A DNA stretch of 45,214 bases. Origin: a virus (Duplodnaviria; Caudoviricetes). Shown here in pieces: positions 1-9,194 of this stretch. The position numbers were made by a program, and so were the translations under genes. Each line of letters begins with the position of its first letter. Position 1 is the first letter of the stretch. The stretch lies in IMG/VR virus record IMGVR_UViG_3300025066_002035, positions 1-45,214 of that record. The stretch is one strand, 5' to 3'. Under the pieces are notes generated by a model that saw only the letters and a program-made list of their open reading frames with translations, was not told where the DNA came from and ran no database searches.

Positions 1-3000
1 CTTTCCACGGATTAAAACGATACCAAGCCACTAGGTCAGTGGGAAGCTTTTCTTTAATGTCTATGAGATTACCACCATTATAAAGTTTATTAATTTGGTC
101 TGCATTTAAAAACCCTCCTGAACCAGAGACGGAGCCCCAAATTGCAGGGTTATTAATATAGCCCCCAAAGCCATAGAACCGGGCGGTGGCGTTTGATGTT
201 GAGCCGATCAAGATGGCGCCGTTGCCGGTCGGATCGGACAAGGCAATAGGATTGTTGATGGAGGAATTGACGGTTATATCCATAAGTTCGCCATCTAACC
301 AGATATTCATGGCGCCAGTCGCGCCTCCACCGTACTGACAGACAACATGGTACCATTTATTAAGATCTATCGACGCGTTTGATGTAACTACTCCGCCGGA
401 GGTGGAACCATCGACCCAGAAGGTAATCTGGCCTGCCGAGTTGATGAACAGGGCCCGTATGCCTTCTGGTTCGTCAGAGCCGTCTTTAATATAACCCGGG
501 GAAAAAATCGCAGATAGGGTATAGGCCTCGGCATATGCCGATAACCTAATCCACGCTGAATATGTAAAGGCCCTGGCAGAGCCGGCGGCTAGGCCGATCA
601 GGGCATCCCAGGTAGCAAAAGAACCCAAATCCAAAGCGCTCCACACGGGGCCAGCCGAAGCGTATCCCCCCCGGAACTCCCCCGAATATGTCCCAAGATG
701 CGCTTGCGACGTTCTCGACTGAATGTCAACTGACGGCGGCTGCAAGATCGGGCCGCCAAACTTCGCAAAGTTGTTTCGGAAGCCGTCGCCATAATACGGA
801 AAGTCAGACCCCGTCACCAACTGGTTCAGCGTCGACGCACTCAGTGCGCCAGGGGGAGCAAACGCCATTGGGGCATTCCCGATGCCGGCAACTACAGACG
901 CCGTTATCCAGGCGTATTGCTGGGGCGACTGTGGGATGGTATGCTGGACGAAGCGGTTATCGTAGACCGAGGCGGTGTAGTACTCGCCCCTTGTGGCGGG
1001 GCTGTACATCCTTCTCTTGCGGTTTCGGTTGGTCTTGTGGTAAGAGGGAACCGTTACATAGGTAAGCTCCGGGACAGAGCCGAAGGCGGCGTCTGAGCCG
1101 AAGGGGCCGCAGTGCAGACTGAAGCGTTGATCTAAGCCGCGATTCTTGTCGATTTGGTCAACAACTGTGATTGTCTTAGCAGCTAGTGGGTCGGCTGCAA
1201 CGTTGCCCGACAAGCCGTGATCGATGATCGCCAGGTTGTGATATGGGTTGGCGTTGTAGACCGACAGTTCTTCGTGTGCTGGATCCATATAACCCAGCGA
1301 CATTACCTCATAGCCGCTGCCGGCGTAGCGGTTGACGATGACTGTTTGGTTTGAGGCAGAGCCTGTGCGGGCAGGGAGAGCGTAATTAAGGTTGCCGCCA
1401 GGGTTTGCAGTTGGCTTTTGTAATGGACCAAAGAGGGCCGGCCAGTCGGTCGCCAGCACGATCGTGCTGGGGGATTGTCCCTTGATTCCGTTGGTAGCGG
1501 TGTTCGTAAAGTTGGCCGGTGTTGCGTTGGGAATGTCTATATCCACCCCTGAATTATAGATATCCCCCGTGGTTGAATCAGCATTCCCCTGTACGCTCTT
1601 ATTGCCTAGGCGATAGTATGCCACAAGATTAGCGCCGAATCCGTCTAGAGCAATATTTGTTCTCTCTCCGCCATTATAGAGCAGTGCTCGCTCGCCGGAA
1701 GTTATGGTTTTGCTAATAATAGCTACATCACATAAATAGCCATTGTAAGGATCATCCTTAGTGGGGTGATCACCAAGGCTGATGCCCGTATCGAGGGCGT
1801 TGAGAGTCGACCAGTCGGCGCGCCCTTGAGAACTAGCTAAAGCTTCGAGTGAGTTATTAAGATAGATCGCCGGTATCGCCGAATCGGAACCGTCGAGGGC
1901 TCCCGCGGGGAACTCTATAATAGCATGATACCAGGTGTCCGCAGCAAGACCTGTGGTGCCTTGCGCGGCGGAGGTCGAGGGAGAGGTATCAAGGACTTCG
2001 CCAACAAGAACCCATTCAACGGTATTGTAGTATAGCCGTATGGAGAGTCCATCCTTCTTCCACGGGTGCGCATATATGGCCCCCAGATTAACCAGTCGCG
2101 GGGTGGATAAAGGGGAACCCGTATAATTGAACCAGAAGGAAACAGTAAGGCCGTCGGTGGACACATTACTTAGCGCATTCTCCCAGGCGGAGTAGTCGGT
2201 GTCGTAGATGCGAGTCTCCAAACTATCGTCGAATAATATCGACTTGGCGACGACAGGTTCGGGCTCATAAAGTGGGAACCTTCCTCTCGTTGCAAGAGTT
2301 TCGGGATAGCGCGCAAAGTCAAAGGACTGATCATTAAAGAATGGATCGTTCTTCATCCGCGAGTTTGTATTGACAACCTGATAGTTCTTCTCGTAGTTGC
2401 CGATGATCGTGGAGCCCGTGCGCATCTGGATGTTCTTGATGTTGACGGGGCGCTTGGCTGCGACTTCACGGAAACGGTAAGCTGTTGGCCAGTGGGCTGG
2501 GCCGCTTAAGCGAGCATCAGGATCGGTGGAGCCCGTACGGGAGTTGGGCGGCAGGATAACCAATGACTTCTTAGAAACCCCCAGAACATCGTCAGAGCCT
2601 CCATTGTCGAATTCTATGCGGAAGCCTTCGCCGCGGGTTTGATTGGTATCTGTGCCTTCATTCAATGCTGTGTGGCGATAGAAGCGGCCGCCAACATACT
2701 TCTCGGTGAAGGGGCCCTGCATCGGGACGTCTGCATTCATCACAAAGTCGTTGTGGAGATTTGTGATCATGACGCCGGATGCATAATTCGCAACGACTTC
2801 GGCATTGAATCCTGTTGTTACAGACGAACTATAGAGGCTGAACGGTGCATGGCGAGGTCCAGAGACTGAGTCTCCGTTGCTGGCCGACAGGCCAAACCCT
2901 AATCGCTGCTTGAATGTGGGATAGAAAACATCCGGAGATGAAATTAGTTCTTCAACACTGCTTCCCGAGGAAACGAGCTTGTTCATTACGGGCCGGCCGC

Positions 3001-6000
3001 GGCCAATAACCTTAGATCCCAAGTTGCCCCATGCCCGGGCAGCCTGGAACACGTAATTAACTACTGAGTTGTGATGGCGAGATACTCCGCCGACGACGGT
3101 GGTACCTTCTACGCTAAATTTAACTGGCGAGTATGTCCTTCTATTGAAAGATTGAGAGATGGCTGTTATGATCTTGGTGCGGTCAGAAGTGTCCGCCTCT
3201 TCCATGAAGCGGTGCCAGTATATGTTTTTGTTGGCGCCGTCGTTCGATATTAGATATGGATCGACGAAAGAAGGAGACACCGTCGCAAGGTCTGCGGTCT
3301 CAAGGTTTTGTCCGGTAGCGTTGCCAACGGCGTTGGACACCTGATTGTATATAGTATCCTTGTCGTCCCGGGGATCGCTCCCCATTCTATACCATGTAAT
3401 CAAATTAGCAGCGCAACTTAGGCCGCTCAAATAAGTTCTCTTGCCTCCACCATAAATCTTTGTAACCTCATCACTCGATAATGCTTTATCCCATACTGCA
3501 AAATCGCACATACGCACATTTGCATAGTTACCAGGGGTGCCGGCGGTGGTGGCGGCCGCGATAGTTAATCCCGTGGTAGCAAGAGCAGCTGGGGAGTCAC
3601 TGGTGTTCGTCGTCTGAGTTGGTGCTGCGCCGTCGACATAAATAATGGGTGCTGCCGCATCGCCGCCGGCAAAAGTTACAACCACGTGGGCCCACGTGCC
3701 GGCCGACAACACATTTCCATCAGTTCGCCCCCAGGTCAGGGACGAGCAAGAGGCCGCGAGTCTTCCGGCGGAGGCATAGAAGAGCAGGTCGCGCCAGCCG
3801 CCGGGGGAGCTGTCGCCGAAGCGGAAAAGCCTTGTCTGGTTGGTGAGTGCCTGCGGATTAACCCACATAGAAACACTAAAGGCTTTGGCAAGACCGGCCG
3901 CTCCACCAATTAAACCGTCCCACTCAGTGTGTGTTGAAGACTGTAAGTATTCATCGACTCCGTCAAAAAGAATGGACTTAGCTATGCCGCCATTATCAAT
4001 ATCCTGGAGAGGTGCGTGGAAGTGCTTCCAGGGTCGCGTCTGCGAAGTATTCGAGGAGCCAATCTGTCGCCGTGTGAAGGCTGTGTTCGCGAAGAACGAT
4101 GTTCCCTGCGGGAATTCGTCCGGGGAGGCTTGAGCGCTCTTGTCGGCGCCCATATTGCCATCTATGCGAGCTGTTGGATCGGTCGTATCTGATTTCTCAA
4201 GGAACGGGAACTTTCGCTGGTACTTAGGTCGTTCCAGGACGTGGTTCTCAATAACCGTGCGCACGTTCTCGGCGATGTCGGCCGAAGCAGGCGCAAGTTG
4301 TGCAAGCATTGAGGAGAGAGCAGAGTCAAACCATTTATAGAATTCATAGAACTTATCGAAGTCTAGTTCGTCGTTTTCTACATTCTCAAAGAATTTCTGC
4401 TTCAGGAAGTTAATCGACTTATACTCTGGGCGCCACTGGTTGACGGGGTCGCCTATAAGGTTGTGGAAATCTTTCAAGGTAGCGAAGTAGTTGATCATTT
4501 CTTCAGAAATGGTCTGGTACATGCTCTTTTCGAATGCGAAGAAGTAATTGGTTGGCCGCGAATCTGAGGTGAACACATCCTGATCTGTCGCCGACAATAC
4601 CTTAACCATTTCTTGGCTCTGGAGATTCTCAGGAAGATTCAGTTTGGAGGATATTACGAAATCCTTATCTATAACTGTTGTAGAAGACGTTGCGAAGAGG
4701 GAGCCCCGAGCGGTGTAATTCCTATTTATAATTTGTCCCAGTGCGCCGAATGAGGCAGTTAGAGGGTTGGTGCTGGAGGCAAGAGACCCAGAGGTCAGAT
4801 CAGCGACGGTGAATTGGCCGGCGGCGTTTGAGCCCGTATTGGTCAGGAACTCCCAGTTAAATACTAAGGTGTCTGCCTTCTGGATGTCTCCGTAAGAAGA
4901 ACTTGTGCTGAATGGGTAGGCAAATCTGTGCGCGTGCAATGTGCCGTGGTTCTCGGTATCCAAGATATGGCCATTGAGCGCTTCGTCTTCAACATAATCC
5001 AGCCAATATCTGGTTGCATTAATCCTTACATCCGAGAAAGACAGCATACTTCCTGTGAAGTTAGTTCTATGTGCTCCGATATAAGCTCTACGGCTGCTGG
5101 TAATGAAGGTTGCTGGCGCCTCCACAGTCTTCGCAACCGTGAATTCTTGTAAGATCTCGCCGCTGTCGCCCTGAGCGCCTCGCAACTCAATTGTATAGTT
5201 GCCGGGTACGGCGAGATCGACCAAAGACGAGAGGGGATATTTCTCTGGCTTAATCCGGACTGCTAGATTCCAGTGTGTATTGTTGTAAACGTCTTCAAAT
5301 AGTTCGGACGTAAGGTACGGGACTTTGCCGTGGGGGCCAGAACTCGTAAGCACAAAACGCACATTATCAGAGTTTATTTCATCTCTTACAGCGTACACCT
5401 GGAAGTTTACTATGTCATCGGATGCCCAGGTGGTTAGAGAATCACTATGGCCGGCGTGGGCGCCTTGAACACCATGCATTCCAAACAAAGATGAGCTGAT
5501 TGTGTTGGTGCTCATATAGACATCATTCGACTCTAGCGGCTTAAGGGGGAATAGTATCTCGGATTCTAAAGTTAAAGCGTGACCATTTAGCAACGCTGCG
5601 CTACCGGATATATAACCGGTTGATTGTGGGTTTGTCGGGTCTTTGTAATTATAAACTGTGCCGTACTTGTTATCGCCAGTGTTGAAGTTGACAAATCGAT
5701 CAGTGACCGTAATATTACGACGATTATTTCGTAGATCGAATTCTATATCGTTGGCGTACATGTTGAGCTTAACAAGCTCGTCGTCAATACCGAAGCACCT
5801 AATAAGATTTCGGAATGCTTTTTCGGTACCCTTAGATTTATAAATATAAACTAGGTTGTTATAGATATTTTTGTAGATGATATTCTTGACTTCTTCAAGG
5901 GGCTTCTCAAATACTTTATCTTCGCTGCGGTTAGCTAGGGTATTAAGAATATCTGCATCTACAAATATCTCTGGTGCCACAAAGCCATATGATGATAGAA

Positions 6001-7654
6001 GTTTTTCAGCAAACGGCAGCGGCTTATTGCTTCCTGACACATACTTAACATCTTTGAGAGAGTTGAGATCTCTGATCTGAAGATGTAACGTGTCAAAATA
6101 ACTAGCAATTATCTGTGTGAGCTTCCGAAGTTCTCCATCGCCGTCATTATCTTCTTCAATAATCCAGGTCGGCATAGAGTTATAAATGGAGGCATTGTTA
6201 TTAACATCGTAGCTAGATCCAGAGGTCTCCAGCTCAGTTAATAGAGCGCTCACATTTGGGTTCGATGCATAGATAATCGGATCTTTGTATTCACTAGTTG
6301 CTGCGTTAGAGAGAACAATAGCTGATTCTGTGCTCCTTGCCAGTGTCACATCTCCCGCTGTGATAGCCGGGCACGTCCAGGATCCATTTGAGAACCTTCC
6401 AGAGTAATCCAGTACAGTGCTATCAGTGGAGGGAATGCCTGTGATTCCTTCGTTAAACTTGAAGTACACCCCGAGATTGAGGTTGGCACTTACTTCGGTC
6501 TCAATGAACGGCTCGGGGTCTGTGTTGACACCGCCCCCGACCTGTGTGAACCAGAACCTGCCAATTTCTTGTGAGGTTCTTTGTGCTTTCCAGAAGCGGA
6601 ACTCATCGAGTGAGGCTGAGAGCTTACCGGCATACTGTGGAGTTACACTGGCGCGGGGGGACGCAACCAGGGAGCCGAGTTGCGCCCGGAGGTTAAGACC
6701 TTCGATGTCTTCAAGGGACCCCATTCCACTAGCAGACAGGTGCTGCTCGCGATTGAGGCGGCCGTCGACATAGAATCTTGTCGTAACGTTGGTGTCTTGT
6801 TTGAGTGTGACAGCATAGTGGTGCCAGTTTCCGTCAGCCACCGAGCCAGTAGTGGTGATAGCTGAGGATGCAATCGTCTGCTGGAAGAACCCGGTGGAGC
6901 CAGAGTACAACGTGAGCAAGAAGGGCTGGGCTCCGTATGGCAACCCATCGCGCCGTTCAGAAGCTGTGAGTTCCAATCGCATTCTCGCGTAATTCGTGGC
7001 GGAGGATGTGACGCCATTCCAGAGATCGAAGATTACCTCTTTCTCGGTGTTTGCCTTGTCAAACGCATCTTTCTTCAGCCAGAACTCTACCGATGCGCCG
7101 CGCGAAGCGACATTCAGCGCTAAGTTAGATCCACGGTTCTTGGAGGGCTCATAGTAGTTGGAGCCTGTAAATTGTGCTTTCCGGGATGTGCCGGCATCCG
7201 GGTTTGCGTTTGGGCCACCCTTGAAAAAGATGTATTCATAATCAGTTGACGCGTTGGGGATACCGTATCCATCAGCGTACAGTGCCGAGGGAGTACCCCA
7301 GCCGGCTGCGGCAAAGTTGATGTATCCGTTGGTTCGGGGATACCTATCGTTATAAATGTACAGATCCACATACGTGGATTCATTCTCCCACTGGAGTCTC
7401 TCTTTTAGAGACCCGTCATATGGGAAGGTGTTATAGATTCTCTTTGTTGCTTGAACATAATAATCTGTGGCGCGACCATAACGAGCAAAGTTCCGCGGTA
7501 CCGAATAATCAGTTTGAGGAATATACCTCTCTTCTTTAATAATTGCCTGTTCGTGATAACCAACAGACTCTACCTGAGAGGCTACTTTATGGGCTGTCGT
7601 GCCGTCGAGAACCTTAGTCTCCCGCGCGACATCAAAGTATTTTTTAATGCTCAT
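1..7654 (-). CDS. Giant virion/baseplate protein (>2550 aa, 3' end beyond window) with a wedge-like segment and multiple LamG/concanavalin-A-like domains
   Basis: ATG at 7654 (MSIKKYFDVARE). My manual translation stays open to base 2 (...LVAWYRFNPWK), which explains its absence from the ORF track. LamG motifs include VEFWLK/DGNWHHYAVT/FYVDG/LDEFRFW and FSVSMWV/WAHVVVT/IYVDG. IYKSKGTEKAFRNLIRCFG resembles myovirus wedge (gp7/gpI-like) proteins. Confidence 0.9.
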   Translation of the reverse strand, partial: MSIKKYFDVARETKVLDGTTAHKVASQVESVGYHEQAIIKEERYIPQTDYSVPRNFARYGRATDYYVQATKRIYNTFPYDGSLKERLQWENESTYVDLYIYNDRYPRTNGYINFAAAGWGTPSALYADGYGIPNASTDYEYIFFKGGPNANPDAGTSRKAQFTGSNYYEPSKNRGSNLALNVASRGASVEFWLKKDAFDKANTEKEVIFDLWNGVTSSATNYARMRLELTASERRDGLPYGAQPFLLTLYSGSTGFFQQTIASSAITTTGSVADGNWHHYAVTLKQDTNVTTRFYVDGRLNREQHLSASGMGSLEDIEGLNLRAQLGSLVASPRASVTPQYAGKLSASLDEFRFWKAQRTSQEIGRFWFTQVGGGVNTDPEPFIETEVSANLNLGVYFKFNEGITGIPSTDSTVLDYSGRFSNGSWTCPAITAGDVTLARSTESAIVLSNAATSEYKDPIIYASNPNVSALLTELETSGSSYDVNNNASIYNSMPTWIIEEDNDGDGELRKLTQIIASYFDTLHLQIRDLNSLKDVKYVSGSNKPLPFAEKLLSSYGFVAPEIFVDADILNTLANRSEDKVFEKPLEEVKNIIYKNIYNNLVYIYKSKGTEKAFRNLIRCFGIDDELVKLNMYANDIEFDLRNNRRNITVTDRFVNFNTGDNKYGTVYNYKDPTNPQSTGYISGSAALLNGHALTLESEILFPLKPLESNDVYMSTNTISSSLFGMHGVQGAHAGHSDSLTTWASDDIVNFQVYAVRDEINSDNVRFVLTSSGPHGKVPYLTSELFEDVYNNTHWNLAVRIKPEKYPLSSLVDLAVPGNYTIELRGAQGDSGEILQEFTVAKTVEAPATFITSSRRAYIGAHRTNFTGSMLSFSDVRINATRYWLDYVEDEALNGHILDTENHGTLHAHRFAYPFSTSSSYGDIQKADTLVFNWEFLTNTGSNAAGQFTVADLTSGSLASSTNPLTASFGALGQIINRNYTARGSLFATSSTTVIDKDFVISSKLNLPENLQSQEMVKVLSATDQDVFTSDSRPTNYFFAFEKSMYQTISEEMINYFATLKDFHNLIGDPVNQWRPEYKSINFLKQKFFENVENDELDFDKFYEFYKWFDSALSSMLAQLAPASADIAENVRTVIENHVLERPKYQRKFPFLEKSDTTDPTARIDGNMGADKSAQASPDEFPQGTSFFANTAFTRRQIGSSNTSQTRPWKHFHAPLQDIDNGGIAKSILFDGVDEYLQSSTHTEWDGLIGGAAGLAKAFSVSMWVNPQALTNQTRLFRFGDSSPGGWRDLLFYASAGRLAASCSSLTWGRTDGNVLSAGTWAHVVVTFAGGDAAAPIIYVDGAAPTQTTNTSDSPAALATTGLTIAAATTAGTPGNYANVRMCDFAVWDKALSSDEVTKIYGGGKRTYLSGLSCAANLITWYRMGSDPRDDKDTIYNQVSNAVGNATGQNLETADLATVSPSFVDPYLISNDGANKNIYWHRFMEEADTSDRTKIITAISQSFNRRTYSPVKFSVEGTTVVGGVSRHHNSVVNYVFQAARAWGNLGSKVIGRGRPVMNKLVSSGSSVEELISSPDVFYPTFKQRLGFGLSASNGDSVSGPRHAPFSLYSSSVTTGFNAEVVANYASGVMITNLHNDFVMNADVPMQGPFTEKYVGGRFYRHTALNEGTDTNQTRGEGFRIEFDNGGSDDVLGVSKKSLVILPPNSRTGSTDPDARLSGPAHWPTAYRFREVAAKRPVNIKNIQMRTGSTIIGNYEKNYQVVNTNSRMKNDPFFNDQSFDFARYPETLATRGRFPLYEPEPVVAKSILFDDSLETRIYDTDYSAWENALSNVSTDGLTVSFWFNYTGSPLSTPRLVNLGAIYAHPWKKDGLSIRLYYNTVEWVLVGEVLDTSPSTSAAQGTTGLAADTWYHAIIEFPAGALDGSDSAIPAIYLNNSLEALASSQGRADWSTLNALDTGISLGDHPTKDDPYNGYLCDVAIISKTITSGERALLYNGGERTNIALDGFGANLVAYYRLGNKSVQGNADSTTGDIYNSGVDIDIPNATPANFTNTATNGIKGQSPSTIVLATDWPALFGPLQKPTANPGGNLNYALPARTGSASNQTVIVNRYAGSGYEVMSLGYMDPAHEELSVYNANPYHNLAIIDHGLSGNVAADPLAAKTITVVDQIDKNRGLDQRFSLHCGPFGSDAAFGSVPELTYVTVPSYHKTNRNRKRRMYSPATRGEYYTASVYDNRFVQHTIPQSPQQYAWITASVVAGIGNAPMAFAPPGALSASTLNQLVTGSDFPYYGDGFRNNFAKFGGPILQPPSVDIQSRTSQAHLGTYSGEFRGGYASAGPVWSALDLGSFATWDALIGLAAGSARAFTYSAWIRLSAYAEAYTLSAIFSPGYIKDGSDEPEGIRALFINSAGQITFWVDGSTSGGVVTSNASIDLNKWYHVVCQYGGGATGAMNIWLDGELMDITVNSSINNPIALSDPTGNGAILIGSTSNATARFYGFGGYINNPAIWGSVSGSGGFLNADQINKLYNGGNLIDIKEKLPTDLVAWYRFNPWK

Positions 7655-7664
7655 ATTACTCTAA

Positions 7665-9194
7665 TTATTCGTTAACTCTAAATTTGAACGTTTGTGGTTG
7701 CTCTTGCCATGCTCCTATACTATCATTATAATAGGCTAATTTAATCTGATACATGTATCCCGAGTCCAACAGACTCATATTTAGATCGAAGTAATTACCT
7801 CCTTTATCATATGATAGGAATGTGCTCCTGTTGGAGCCGGTACCGTACGGGACTGCATTCAAATTATCAATAACACGGCGAATGCTGTATGAAGCACTTG
7901 GAATAATTTCAGTTGGATTGTTTGGCGTTGCAACTGTGTAAATGGTTGGGCTCCAGTCTTTGCTGCGAACAAAGAATCTAAAGCGCGCTGTTTCTTTACG
8001 CGAGTAAGACTTATTAAGATTCTTACAACTCGTTACACGATTGAATGTGGGCGCCGAATCATATGTAGGCATAAGTTCAGGATACAGAGATCCGGTGTAG
8101 TATTCTACGCCGTCGCTGTGCCATACTTCATAAACCTTCTGAAGGGGTGTGGCTGCGGCGGTTAGTGCCACATCGACATTATACAGACCTGTGCTGGAAT
8201 AACTACCTGTCGCATTAAGATCGTTTGTGGCCGCGACGTCACCACCGATCGGAAGTTTAATCTTTGCTCCGGTGGGGGCTGTGGCGGAGCCCGAATAAAA
8301 GGATACCAAGATATTGCCGGCGCCAACCTTGGGAATATTTACAAGACGACCGCGTACGTAGTTATACAAGTAGAGGCGATTTAGGTTGTCAGCTGCAGGA
8401 GCAAGAGAACTGGAATATAAAAAGTTTTCTCTATCATCAGTAACACGGTCGTCCCAACGAGCTTCGACCACCGGCCGGCGGAAAAAGAACTCTGTCGAGC
8501 GCGAAAAGAACCTCTTGGTATAATAAGATTGTGTGGCACCTTGTGTGTTTTGCAATACGCTGCCGCTCTGGCCGGAACCGAGGCCGCCTGCGGAACTAGA
8601 AAAATAGGCTTCTTGGCTGCCAGTAAGCTTGATCCCCAGACCATAGTCAGTCTGAGTACCATTAATCCACCGCTCAACCAGATTGCTGATGTCAACTTCA
8701 AGGTTCTCAAAGCCTAGTGGGAAACGCACATTGTGATTATTAACACTTCTATAGTCGCCGCCTACCTGAGTCCAAGAGGATGATGCGTTGGGCTTCATCC
8801 AGTTGCCAGTTCCCAGATCTTGGTAGTTGTCCATGTCGAGGCCGGCGCCCTCTCGCCAAGGCCGGGAGACAGGAGCAACCACTAGGTTGAAGTCTTGCGG
8901 GAGCGTCCATGGGGTGCGCGCGTTGTATAATTTTAATACAAATGAAACGGAGCCGCTAGCGCCAAGACGGCCTGCAGCACGGTCGGCCGACATTTGGGAT
9001 GTTGGGAAGGACATCAGAATTCGAGAAAGCTCCGGAGATTGTCCATTAGAACCTGACTCTTGTCCATAAATTGAGAAGACCTCTAGTGCATCAGCATAAC
9101 CCATATTGGAACCAGTGCCTCTAGTAATCATATCTGATTCATAGGCGTTGGTGATTGTCGTGTCTGCACTAGCAGTGTAACGAAGTATAGACAT
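7665..9194 (-). CDS. Putative virion structural protein with N-terminal DNRLRE-like beta-sandwich domain
   Basis: 509 aa; pattern ADTTI...SRILMSF...LKLY...W.EG...DISNLVE.W...YGLGIK...FFSR...RP; lies inside the baseplate module. Confidence 0.65.
   Translation of the reverse strand: MSILRYTASADTTITNAYESDMITRGTGSNMGYADALEVFSIYGQESGSNGQSPELSRILMSFPTSQMSADRAAGRLGASGSVSFVLKLYNARTPWTLPQDFNLVVAPVSRPWREGAGLDMDNYQDLGTGNWMKPNASSSWTQVGGDYRSVNNHNVRFPLGFENLEVDISNLVERWINGTQTDYGLGIKLTGSQEAYFSSSAGGLGSGQSGSVLQNTQGATQSYYTKRFFSRSTEFFFRRPVVEARWDDRVTDDRENFLYSSSLAPAADNLNRLYLYNYVRGRLVNIPKVGAGNILVSFYSGSATAPTGAKIKLPIGGDVAATNDLNATGSYSSTGLYNVDVALTAAATPLQKVYEVWHSDGVEYYTGSLYPELMPTYDSAPTFNRVTSCKNLNKSYSRKETARFRFFVRSKDWSPTIYTVATPNNPTEIIPSASYSIRRVIDNLNAVPYGTGSNRSTFLSYDKGGNYFDLNMSLLDSGYMYQIKLAYYNDSIGAWQEQPQTFKFRVNE

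Noticed and set aside
1-7654. Apparent 7.6-kb gene desert with only short ORFs, suggesting stop-codon recoding or non-coding DNA
   Set aside because: One minus-strand frame is open from 7654 to the window edge; the track omits it only because the stop lies outside. Genes elsewhere end in TAA, TAG and TGA normally, so there is no sign of recoding.
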